53,881 bases of DNA from Octopus bimaculoides (Eukaryota). Below are positions 12,500 through 25,700 of the stretch, in pieces. The stretch's first letter is position 1. Every line of letters starts with the position of its first letter. The position numbers and the translations under genes are program-made. The notes below the pieces were generated by a model that was not told where the DNA came from, did no database searches, and was given only the letters and a program-made list of their open reading frames with translations. The stretch covers positions 78,721,726 to 78,775,606 of the forward strand of contig NC_068991.1 of the NCBI RefSeq assembly GCF_001194135.2, given 5' to 3'.

Positions 12500-12646
12500 A
12501 TACAATAATAAAAATAGAATAAATATTGGATGAGCAATGGATGACAAGAAGAGTTGCAGCATCAGTTAACAGTCTGTAGCATACACACAGACACCAACTA
12601 AAGACAGTCGGTGCTACTCAAGTACACTGTATTCACCGTAGCATCA

Positions 12647-12691
12647 TCATTTCTCTTCATCTGATTCCTCAGTTTTCATTTTAGAATTTTG
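12647..12691 (-). CDS. CDC123: CDC123 terminal coding exon 12 (45 nt incl. stop)
   Basis: aattccag| [14 protein letters not shown] ; short acidic C-terminus, as in other CDC123 proteins. Confidence 0.82.
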   Translation of the reverse strand, partial: QNSKMKTEESDEEK

Positions 12692-15174
12692 CTGGAATTA
12701 TAAACAACAGAAAAGAATTATTAGTATGCAAAACATTTTTTTAAAGAGATACAGTAAAAAATAAACACAAATATTAATAAAGAATAAAAGGGTATAGTTT
12801 TTTAAGCTATTAATCTAAATTTTTAGAGATGAGATATGTTTTAACCCTTCTGTTGCAATAACTATATTTTTATACTGAACAGACAGGTGCTGCCCTGGTC
12901 ATGTGGCTAAGAAGATTGCTTCCAACAATGGAGTTTTGGGTTCAGTCCCATTGCATGGCACCTTGGGTAAGTGTCTTCCACCATAGCCCTAGTCTAATCA
13001 AAGTCTTTTGAGCGGGTCTCATAGACAGAAACTGAAAGAAGCCTGTTTATCAGTATATAGACTGGCTTTTATATGCATGTGTGTGTGTGTGTGTGTGTGT
13101 TTGTGTGTGCCCTTGTCCTGGTATCATACGATGGTTGGAAACAAGTGACACCGTCATGCAGACAATGCTGTTTTTCCCTCCATCATCATCATCGTTTAAC
13201 GTCCGCTTTCCATGCTAGCATGGGTTGGACGATTTGACTGAGGACTGGTGAAACCGGATGGCAACACCAGGCTCCAGTCTGATTTGGCAGAGTTTCTACA
13301 GCTGGATGCCCTTCCTAACGCCAACCACTCAGAGAGTGTAGTGGGTGCTTTTACGTGTCNNNNNNNNNNNNNNNNNNNNNNNNNNNNNNNNNNNNNNNNN
13401 NNNNNNNNNNNNNNNNNNNNNNNNNNNNNNNNNNNNNNNNNNNNNNNNNNNNNNNNNNNNNNNNNNNNNNNNNNNNNNNNNNNNNNNNNNNNNNNNNNNN
13501 NNNNNNNNNNNNNNNNNNNNNNNNNNNNNNNNNNNNNNNNNNNNNNNNNNNNNNNNNNNNNNNNNNNNNNNNNNNNNNNNNNNNNNNNNNNNNNNNNNNN
13601 NNNNNNNNNNNNNNNNNNNNNNNNNNNNNNNNNNNNNNNNNNNNNNNNNNNNNNNNNNNNNNNNNNNNNNNNNNNNNNNNNNNNNNNNNNNNNNNNNNNN
13701 NNNNNNNNNNNNNNNNNNNNNNNNNNNNNNNNNNNNNNNNNNNNNNNNNNNNNNNNNNNNNNNNNNNNNNNNNNNNNNNNNNNNNNNNNNNNNNNNNNNN
13801 NNNNNNNNNNNNNNNNNNNNNNNNNNNNNNNNNNNNNNNNNNNNNNNNNNNNNNNNNNNNNNNNNNNNNNNNNNNNNNNNNNNNNNNNNNNNNNNNNNNN
13901 NNNNNNNNNNNNNNNNNNNNNNNNNNNNNNNNNNNNNNNNNNNNNNNNNNNNNNNNAAGAGCTCTCTAAACTTTGCCCAGGCTATTCTTATTCTAGCAGC
14001 TACACTTTCAGCGCACCCACCCCCACTACTAACTTGGTCGCCCAGATAGCGGAAGCTATCGACTACCTCTAGTTTTTCACCCTGGAATGAGATAGAAGTT
14101 GTTTCCTGTTTGTTTGCAGTCTTTATTGCACCTGAACATCTGCCACAAACAAAAACTAACTTGCTAGTTAACCTGCCTTTGATGTTGCTGCACCTCTTAT
14201 GTGTCCATAGCTTGCACCGGGTACATCTTATAGAGTTACTACCTACTCCTTTTCTACATACTGAGCAGGGCCATCTACCTGAAGGGGTAAGATATGTCTG
14301 GCCTATGGAAAAGTTACCTTGCTTGGAAACAGGTGAGAGCTAGTAACAGGAAGAGCATCTGGCCGTAGAATTTCGTCTGACCAAGGAAAAGTGGATGTTA
14401 AAACAACAGTGATGACAGCTAACTGCATTTCACCAAAATCTCTAGATTCTAACAAGATTGGAAGATTTATATAGGGAAGGCATTATGATAATTTAAGAGT
14501 TCGATTTTCCATTGCACTCCACCTCTAATTACATTTCAAAATGTCACTTACCAGTTTTAAGAAATCAACTAATTTGTATGGGTCGGTGCCCAGGGATAAG
14601 TCTACAAAGTCTTTAGGCAGAGCGTAGTAGGCATAAGGATTTGGTTTCATTGCACTTTCTGACTCACGGATATATCGAAATACAGGAAGCTGTTGAAAAG
14701 TAAGGAACACATCATTAGCATTTCGTTTTATGGTGCTTGCTTTCAGCTTTTGGCAGTAAAAGAACAACCAGAAAAAAAATAAAATAAATGAAATAAATAA
14801 AAACTAAAAACAAAACTTCACTTCAAAGAAGAATAGTAAAAAAACAAAAAGACTTTATGATATCTTGAAAAGGACAGTGAAATCTATGGCACAGAGGCAC
14901 ATGAGAGTTCACCTTACACACACATACATGAAAGTTTGCTTTACACACACACACACATATGAAAGTTCACGTCAAACATGAAGGCTCACCTGACGCATTC
15001 CATAGATATATGAAAGTTTGTCTTACTTGCTGGACATCTTCTGATCCTTCTACATCAGTGGAAGATTTTTGGAAAGGATGATCAGACAACAGTTCTGGCC
15101 AATCAAACATTAGACTGTCAGTAACTGGCCCGAAAGGGTTGAAATCTAAAAGTACTATTTTACCCTAAAAAAAG

Positions 15175-15205
<31 letters not shown>

Positions 15206-15262
15206 CATATATATATATATATATATCATCGTCGTCGTTTAACATGCGCTTTCCATGCTGGC

Positions 15263-15303
<41 letters not shown>

Positions 15304-18300
15304 CACCATTTATAGATGTATACGTACATATATATATTCTTAGAGTGCAATTTAAACTTTAACTCTTTTGCTATGGTATTTCTGTTGAAAACACTGATGT
15401 CTAATTGCCCCATCAACGACTTCAAAGTATGTTCAAGGGGCCATGTGATATACAAAATAGTCTGCAGTTAAAGTGGGGCATCCTACATGAGGAACATCAC
15501 CAGGAAACTGCATGTTCAAATCAAAGAATGCATGCGCACAGATACTTCAATAAAAAAAAAAAAATGCCTAAAGACTTGTGTGACCCAGGATTTCAAGGTC
15601 TCCACCAGGGCCACTCAATGCAACAAGTGTGATGTCAGAATCATGGAGGCCCTCCTTATCAACATTAATAACAGAAAAGAACTCCATGAAGTAGACTGGT
15701 TACTATAGCAACACCATGTCACCTTCCATAGCAGCAGTAACAACAACAACAACCATCATCATTCATAATGAGCCACAAGGAGATATCTATGTGGTTGTCC
15801 AATCAGCTAGAAGTAGCAACCATATCTTCAATTCATAGCTGAGCATTGCTTTAGAAAAGTGACATGTTGGATGTGAAATTGTCCTGCGTTCTATACACAG
15901 AAAAAAACAGGCTGGATGGCCATGTCAGGATGTCTTTGATCATGGATTGGCTCGAATGGTATAAACCTGGCACTACACAACAACAACCATCATCTTGACA
16001 GTAATTAACCTTACCTTCCCATCCCACTTCACCCAATGGAACACTTACCTGTCTTTTTCTGTAGACATCAAGGACATCTGTGAAGAAGAAGAAGAGAAAA
16101 ATAACAAGAATGAAAACAAAGAAAAATTCCTCCGTGTGTCACTGCAAAACAACAACTACAACAACAAGCTTCTATGTTTGATTGTTTCTAAGATAAGCTT
16201 ATAGGGAGCAGTATTTTGGTGGTGGGAGGGAGAGAAGGAGGTAAAGCCAGTTATATCAGCCCCAGTATTTTACTGGTACTTTAGCTTTTTCAACTTTGGC
16301 GGGATGAAAGGCAAAGTTGACCTCAGCAGAATTTTCACTCAAAAGACAGAGAGATCTGTCAATTCTACCATTCCTCTGCACCGTAGTTAAATAATAAATA
16401 ATAATAATAACAAAGTGAGATCGCAGCCATGGCTGATGCCAGTGATGCATGTCTGGCCCATTTAAGAGTATCCTTGATGCGTTGGGTGATATGATATGCT
16501 TGAGAAGACCTGTTGAGTCAAGTAAAAGCAAAATTGTAGCTGTGGCCAGTGCCATCTGACTGGCTTCTGTGCCAGTGGCAAGTGAAATGCACCATCTGCA
16601 CGTGGTCGATGTCAGTGCCACCTGATTGGCTCCTGTGCCAGTGGCAAGTGAAAAGCACCCACTACACTCTCGGAGTGGTTGGTGTTAGGAAGGGCATCCA
16701 GCTGTAGAAACATTGCTAGATCAGATTGGAGCCTGGCATGCTAGTCCCCAATCAAACCGTCCAACCCGTGCCAGCATGGACAAGTAGACATTAAAACCAA
16801 AATGACGATGATGACAAAAGTGCATCAACGAAGCTAATACTTACATTCTTTAAGGACGAACTGTGACGCAATTCTCTGTTTGAAGAAAGTTGTAATGTCT
16901 GTTTTGATGCTTTCTAGATTCTGCTCAATGAAGCTGTAGTACTCGGAATCATGTCGCTGACATATAGCTAGAAGAACAATTAGCAATAACTCAGGGTCAC
17001 AAACAGAACTAAATCAAGTCAAGCCTCTCAATAACGCTAGAAAAAGCAGCCAAGCCTCCTTCAAATCACACATTACTTTCTTAAAAAAAGGTGTGTTATG
17101 ATTGATACAGTTCTAAATACGCTATGAATGCAATATGGCTGAGTTGGTTAAGATGTTTGCTTTGTAATCATAATGTCCCCAGTTTGATCCCACCATCTGG
17201 CACATTTTGGGCAAGTATCATTTATTATATCCTTGAGTTGATCCATGCAATATGAATGACAACAGGGTAGATAGAAACTGGTTAGAAGCTTGCTAGACAA
17301 ATTGTATCTGTATTTCAAAGGTTCAGCCATCACACACACACAGAGTGTGCCATGTTGATTCTGCTGGAATATCAAACTAAAATCATCCATAAAAATTCTA
17401 TGTTAATTTATTTTCTAAAAACCAACAATGACAAAATTCATTATCTCCATTATTTTCAAAATATTAATTGAAACCAAGATAATGCAGCTGATCCCTGTTG
17501 ATACCAACCTGTCTACCCCCCCCCACCGGTTCTATGATGCAAACTTCCAGTTTTAAATGAAAACCATCCCTTAAAATTTCATGTCGATACAACATTCCAA
17601 AGACCCAGCTTAATAACAACAAAGTTGTTTCATTAGATTCTTCATTATTATTCAAATTAATTGAAACAAAAGAGGAGACATGGCATCAAAATATAGCAAT
17701 ACAAGGATTATAAAGGTGCCTGTATTTTGGAATGTTTAACCATTTATGTGTTAGTCCAGTAAGTATGTAGCTCAGTTGAGCAAACAGCTCAATATGCATC
17801 ATCTAAACTGATAGGGATCCATTATTTCTAGACAGAGAAGGAGAAAGTCCCGTGGCTGTGATCTTTATGCAGGGACACAAAGACTGATGAGCAGAAAACA
17901 AGAAAGCAACTTCATAATCCAGGCCCAATTCGAATGCTTGCAACAGAGTAAATTCCCCTTAAATAGGAATCACTAGGGATCAGCAGAGAGTAACAGCAAA
18001 GGGTCTGACTTACCCAGAAGAGCTCCGTTTTTAACGAAGCATCGAAATTCTGAGCCTGGATGAATGTTCACCCATCTTCTAAGGACCAAATTGTATTCTA
18101 ACTCTGGCTGGTTGCACTCAGCATCCTCACAGTATTCAAAGCTGGAAGAGAAATAATAAAGAAAGTGATACAAGAAATGTTAAGGTTACTAATATATCAA
18201 TATTAGAGCAGTGGATTGGCTGAATTGTCAGAATGGTGGACAAAATGATTTGCTGGGGTCAATGGCATCACCTAACCCCTTCTTCTTAAAACCGCTGGCC

Positions 18301-19632
18301 TTGTGCCTAATTGGAAACATTATTGAAGGTAGTGAGCTGGTAGAATGGTTAAAGCATCAAGAAAAATGCATTGTGGTATTTCTTTTGGCTCTTAACATTC
18401 TGAGTTCAAATCCTGTCAACTTCACCTTTCATTCCTCTGGGGTCGATAAAATAAATACCAGGGTCAATGATATCAACTAATGCCCTCCCTTCAAAATTGC
18501 TGGCCATGTGCCTAAATCTGAAACTATTATTATTCTGATTATGAAAGCAAAGGCAGCAGCAGACTCCCTCAACAAAATGCTTCAAGTTCAAATCCAGCTG
18601 AGGTTGACTTTACCTTTCATCTTTTCAGGGTTAATAAAATGAGTACCAGTTGAATATTTCAGGTCTTGACCCTTTCGTTAATGTATTTCTAAGTAAAACA
18701 CACCCCTTATGAGTTTCAATTAAAATCTAAAATAATCACCAATTTAGACTGGTTTCATTAAACAACTAACTTTTTTATTTATCAACATATTACTGTGATT
18801 TTTTGAAAACAATTGAAGAAAAGGTTCTTAATTAATTCTATTGTATAACTTTTGTCTTAAAGTGACTCTAATTACAGGTAGACCATAAGCTATCTTTTTA
18901 CTCAGTTTGTTTACTTTCTGTGAAATGGTTTGTTTACGCAGTGATCGTTTCAAACAAGCCTACATTTGCTTGATTTCTCCATATCTTCTGTTGAAGAGCC
19001 CTTTCTCTCACAAAATTAGACACAGAAACAAGATGGTGTTATGCGAAAAATGCTTTGTAGTATTTCTTCTGACTTGCTCAGACCATACCAGGGTCAACTT
19101 TACTTTTCATTCGTTTTGGGGTCAATAAAGTATCAGTCAGGTACTGCAATCATTTTCCTTTCTTTTCTCTCTTTCTCTGCCTTTTTGTCTTTCTCTCTCA
19201 CTCTTTCACTCTCTCTTCTTTCACCTTTTACTCATACCTGTTTCTCTCTCTCCAACACCAACCTATGACCAGCAAAAATAAAAGAAAAAACCAACCCTGA
19301 AAGGAATGCCACAACATAAACTGCCACTGCAGCCTCCTAGAAAAATTCCATGGCAAACACATAGCATCAATCATGTTAAGTAACCAAAAAAGTGGGAGAT
19401 TGTTGGCATTTGGATAGGAAATCTTTACTAATTGTGATTGTTTATTAGGAAAGAGATATTAGATTTATAAATGGGAAGTTCAACACATTACTTACGGACT
19501 GGTTAAATCATGGGTAACAAAGTCTGAACTTTTCAACAGTAAATAAATATCAGCTGGGCAGGTACAGAGAAGAGTTTTACTGAACGAAATCCAAAATGCA
19601 TCCTATTCAAACAGCAAAAATAAATATATATA

Positions 19633-19670
<38 letters not shown>

Positions 19671-19733
19671 CCGGAGTAAGCACATGCAATGAGTAACGGT
19701 TTTTTTGTTATATTTCTGCTGCTTTTAAATAAA

Positions 19734-19774
<41 letters not shown>

Positions 19775-22700
19775 TATACATATAAAAAGTAGAAACCCAC
19801 AAAGTTCAGAGATGAGCCATAATTCATTTACCTCTGACAGTTGTTCCATGAGGAATAAACATCATTAATTAAAAAATTACATATTAAGATACATAATTAA
19901 TTAATACAAATATATCAGTTTAAAGCAATGCTCATCTCAGACCATCAGAAATATTAGGGGTGATGCCATCCATAGACTGTTGCTGGATGTAAAATCTTGT
20001 GAAGGTGTATGGATAGCAGAGCCAATAATTTTCGTAGTGATTTGGGATAAACACTGCTTTCAATAAATTTATGTTGAAAGTATTTCAAATGTCAAACTCT
20101 GCCAGACCAGCTGCTAATTTAAAACTAGGTGAGTTTTCTTGATCACGTAACTGAAAATGACACTGAAAATACCAAAAATTTAATGAGCTAATAATTCTAA
20201 TGAATTAAGCATAATAACATTGGTGTGATACTGACTGTATGCCTACTTTTGCAGCCCACCTGTATAGGTATGCATGTGTGAGTGTGTTCATGTCTAAGTG
20301 TTTTGACATTGTGTGATTGTCATATATGAATGTTATTCATTTCCAGTCTTCTGCAAAAACATGTCTGACCATGGCAAAACAGGTAAGTGTTGGCAGCAGG
20401 CTGGAGGCATCTGGCCTCAATAAATGCCATCTGAGCCATAGATACATGACAAAGTGGACATATTTATATATATATACACACACACACATATATATATACA
20501 ATAATAAGAGAGTTCTAAAGTACTTACCTTTGGAGAGCTCCAGTTTAATTTGGGGAACACTTCCCCATCAAGTTCTTCAATACAACTTCGGATTTTTTTA
20601 TCCAACTCTGGGAAGTCTGGTACCTAGCATGAACATAAACATATACAAATAATATGGGGTGGCTTATTAACAATAAATAACCTAAAGGTAAATTTATAGA
20701 CATTCACTAAAGTGACAGAGGGTACAAAGTGGTACTAGCATTGCTAGAAATAAGAGTCAAAAGAACTCATTAGCCACAAAAACACAATATTAATAAGATG
20801 ACAAGGGAGACAAAGCTCCCTACGGTCACAGACATAGCCATATTACTAGTGATTTCGAATTTTGATGCAGGGTATCTTAATTCTCGTCAGTGGTTCTTAC
20901 TGTGCCTAGGGTTAAGCTCAGCTCACCTTGTCAACTTCTATGAAAAACCATTAATATAACTTTGTCTGTGACCATAAGGAGCTTTGTCTCCCTTGTCAGT
21001 TTATTAAGATAGTGCTTTTGTGGTGAATGAATACTTTTGACTCTTATTTCGAGCAATGCCAGTACCACTTTGTACCCCCTGTCACTATATATATATATAT
21101 ATATAAAATGATGGGCTTCTACACAGATTCCATCTGCCAGATTCACACTTAAGGCATTGGTCAGTCTGAGGCTTTAGTAGAAGACACTTGCCCAAGGTGC
21201 CACACAACGGAAATGAACCTGAGACCATGTGGTTACAAAGTGAACTTCTTAACTACGTGTGTCATCATCGTTTAACGTCCGCTTTCCATGCTAGCATGGG
21301 TTAAAAATGGACACAAAACAAACAACCCACTGCCTCGTCTCTCTCTCCTTTTTTTACCACGTCTACCTGGCCTCTGAACATGCTTGGTCTCATATAATCA
21401 TCCACTTAGGCACTCTTAGTGTATATGTGTTGAATGTCCCAAGCCCTGCACTTTCTGCTATGTCTAACCGTTTCTTCCCACCCTATACAACTTATGAGAG
21501 TTCATGTGGGACACTAGCAGAATCAATCTCATTGATCTCAGAAGATCTGTAAAGCCAGGCCAGGTGCACAACTCCTTCCACTGGACCAACACCAGGTGCA
21601 CAGTTCCTTCCAGCAGACCAACACCAAGCCATTTAAGAAGAAGAGAATACTTCAAACCTTTAAACACATTTGTTACCATATTTCTATGGAAATAACATTG
21701 ACTTTCTTAATTTATTAATTTTTAAAATGATAGAGAATTTAGTAAAATAAGTTTATTAAAACTGGTGTTTGGAACATAAATTGACATGAAATTTTGATGG
21801 AAGGTTTTGATTCAGTGGAGTTTGGTGAAGTCCTCTGGCTTAAGCTGTCTAACCCCTGCCAGCATAGAAGATAGATATAGAATGTTAATCAAATCTCATC
21901 AAATAATCTGTTTAGAACAGGAAATTTGTATCAAAGTTATGGTTGGGTGGATAGGTGGATGGGGAGTGAGGGGATCATCTGAAGCAGGTCTGTAAAATGG
22001 CAAACAATTCTTACCCGATTTTCATCTTGTGTGGAATTCCATTCATACTGAAAAAAAAAAACAAAAAAAAACCTTCATTAAACAGCGTTTATTTATATTT
22101 CTTCATATTTTAATATGGTTGAGAATGTATGAACAGGGTGCAACAGAAAAACCTGCCCATATTTTACACAACCCTTGGTGTGCTGCATGTGGTACTGGTT
22201 TCTTCATTTAGCTGATGATTTACGATTTTTTTTTGTTCATGATTTGGAGCACATTTACTGTTGAAATGTTTTGTCAACCTGTAAAAATGTGGGAGGTTTT
22301 CTTGCTACACCCTGTGAGTGTGTTTGTGTGTGGTAGTTTGCTACACACTGTGTATGTGTGTTTGTGTAGTAGCTTGCTACACTCTGTGTGTGCCTGTGTG
22401 TGTGTGTGTGGTAACTTGTTACACTCTGTGTGTGTGTGTGTTTGTGTGTGGTAGTTGCTATGCTACACCCTATGTGTGTGTGTGTGGTAGTTTGCTACAC
22501 CCTGTGTGTATGTGTTTGTGTGTGGTAGCTTGCACTCTACGCACAATTATGCATATAAACACACACAATCAATTGATGATCCACTTCTGAACATTATGCT
22601 GTCATTCCAGTTTTTTTTGGTTACATCAAAACTAGATTATCAAATGCAATTTCTTATTTTTCTTTGGATAACAATTCATTAATTACAGAGATGTACTTGC

Positions 22701-25700
22701 ATAGCAAGTGACTTGATCTGAGATCATGTGCTGAAACAAAAACAATTGCAGCATGGTAGGTGTTTATAAGCCATTTAAAAAAAACACACACACAAAAACC
22801 GTTAGATTCACTTCAACATTTAAATTTAATTTGTGTCAAAATATTTTTGCCGCTTTGAAACCGTGACCTGTTCACTGACAAGATTTTGTGCTGCATCTAA
22901 TTAAATTCTATGTTTAGATTTCACAAGAGTCAACACTGTCTTGTTGTTTTGCTTTTCCTGACACCAACCACTTTGAAAGAATGTCCTGGGTGTATTTTGA
23001 CAAGACTAGAAAGTCTTCTTGATGTTGCATTGTCTCTGCTTGTTCACCAATGACTTTAGAGAATGTACTTCTAAAAAGGGGATATAATGGGCAATTTAGT
23101 CTTTGATAGACAAGGAGACAAGACGGTCACAGCTAAAAGACTCTCACTGAAGGATTATGCTCAGTCAGAATCTCAATGAAATTAAACATCAGTTTCGTCA
23201 GTTTGCTTTTCCTAAATTATCCCCCACCCAAGACACCAATGCAGTTTTCTCCTTCCCTGTCGGGTAAATGCAAGTCAAGGGAAATAAAAGAGAGTAGGGT
23301 GGGGGGAATATTATAACTATTAACTCTTACATCATCATCAAAGTAGTCTTCGTCGTCACTTTCAGCATCCTCACGGCCTTTGGGTTGGATTTGACCTGAA
23401 CTAAAAAACAAGAGTTTATTTTATAGAAATATAGGATTCACCTATTTCAATATATGTTACAATTTTTATTATATATAAATAAATTCTCTCTAAAACAATT
23501 CCTTATTAAAGTTATGGTGGCAAGGGTTGTTACATAAAATATCAGTAGGGGTTCTGCAGTTTTTGGGAAATTGCATTTTGGGTTCCGTGGGACACACTAC
23601 CATAAGGTGTGTCACAGACAGTTGTTAAGGGTGTTGCAAGATTTTATAAAAGTTTACCAACATCATCATCATCATCATCATTATTCTCACAAGCATCATC
23701 CTAACCTCTCTCCTTTTCATCATTATCCCTTCCTTTCTCTTAGTCTCTCTGCTTGCTTCCATCAAATACATTGGTCCTCAAACTTATTATTTTGCTGAAG
23801 AATCCTAAAGAATCTTGGACGCCTTGTTGAAGGCCATGAGTGCAGCCACTTCCCACACTCTAAATCATTGTCACCATTTTGATGTCTGCTTTTTTTTTTT
23901 TGCAGTGGTTGGACAAGACTTGATGAGACAATATCGATGCGGATTCTGACTTCTTTTTCAGCAAAGGAATTATATTCAGTAACACTGCAAGAGTCAAAGC
24001 CATTGTCTTTTTTCCTTTCTGTAGGACAAAAGTGTCATCACTTCTAGCTGAAAGATGTGAAAGCAAAGACACGGCAGATACAAACATACACACACATGTG
24101 TGTGTGTGTATGTGAGTATTTGGTTGTTACATATATTTGTGTACTCATTCATTTCCGGTTTGTTTTACTATGCTAATATGGATTAGGAAAATATGTGTTG
24201 AGATAAGATGGAGTTCAGTTCAGTAACTATTTAGCAAATTTCCTTCACAAGGCATTGACCAAGCCAAGGCCAAAGTAGAAGATACTTGTCCAAAGGGTCA
24301 TCCAGTGAAGACAGAACCCAAAACCATTGTGAAACTAAGTCAATGACGTACATTTAGAAGAAGACAAATATCTAAAAACCTGAATTTTTTGTAAATATTC
24401 AATAAATTTGAACTCACCCTTCTGGAAGGAAAACCCGATCAGCTTTCAGGTAATCGACAAACTGTTTGGGTAGTGGAATAATAAAGCTATGGAATGACAT
24501 AAACAGAAAAGAGGAATATTAATTAGGGTTGATATTTTCATTTCTGACATCAAAATATAAATTTCAAAATAAAATATTACGATCTCAAAACTTTGCTTCC
24601 TATATTTCCAACAGTATATCTGGATCTTTAGACTAAAATTATCCACTCTGACCTCCTGCCCTAATTTTTTTCATTGTGATAGAGAGTGAATTGAGGGAGA
24701 TGTGGCAGCTAATTCTAGCAGATCAAAAAATTTCTTAGATGGTCTTTTATTGGTTAAAAATGTCTATTGTTGTTGGTTAGTTCTTTGTCAGCTCCTATGG
24801 TTATTTAGTTCTTTGTCAGCGCTTATGATCAAATGAATTCCACCAATAACCAGCAATCCCATCTTAATTGTTTAAAACAGAAAAGAAAGATTCAAGAATG
24901 ATTTTGCTGCTATGTCTAATAGATTGAGGAATCTTCAGAACATTTTGGAAGTTGAAATATTAACACTATTTGACAATGTCCAGGTGAATATATTTGAAAA
25001 AGCACCCACCATTTCCCATGCAAAAAGAAAACAAAAAAGAGAACAAAAAGTTTCTATGGATTCTGGTATTTTCAACAATGGAAATTAGAATTTTCTCAAA
25101 AAATACCCCAGCTTTTCATACGTCTCTCTTGCATGCCACATTTGATGCTTCTTATGTCTAACGTTTCTCTCAGGGTGCTTACACTCTGTCGTGTGTGCAC
25201 ACTGACATTACACATCCAGCGGATCATGCTAGCTTCTCAAAAAAAAAAAAAGAAAAAAGTTTACAAAATATCACTTTCAATTTGTGATCATTAACTGAAA
25301 TAATGCCAGAATATCTATTGTTGTTGTTGTTATTTAGATCCTTGACAGTCCTTATGGAGGAAACACCTGTGACCAAAAGCATTTCACCTATAAACCCTTC
25401 CTGCTTTTGTTTAAATTCGTCTAAAACAACAAAAATTTCCATGGTAGGTCTTAATTTAGATCACTTGAAAACCAAGAAGTCTGTCTCATTGTACATCATT
25501 TCAGATGCGTGGATATGAAAAGCGACCGGCTGGCATGATTTGAGAGATTTTGTTGCTATTTTAGTATCAATGAAAGAGGATGTCATCCTCGCCATTTACA
25601 AGGGGTCCATCACTATTTCAAAAAAAAAAACAAAATGAAAACAACAATTCTGTATAATGCATTATTATTTATGCATGGGTAAGAGTGATGTATCAAACAC

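Noticed and set aside
15165-15455. ORF 15165-15455 as a CDC123 exon
   Set aside because: The true exon is 15164-15027; this ORF is intronic and includes microsatellite and poly-T.
21560-21623. 32-bp tandem duplication ccaggtgcaca..gaccaaca and ORFs 21464-21679 / 21504-21695
   Set aside because: The unit is not a multiple of 3, there are no splice signals fitting CDC123 and no recognisable domain.
22290-22545. CRISPR-like repeat-spacer array
   Set aside because: The spacers are GT microsatellite rather than unique sequence; the context is a eukaryotic intron with no cas genes.
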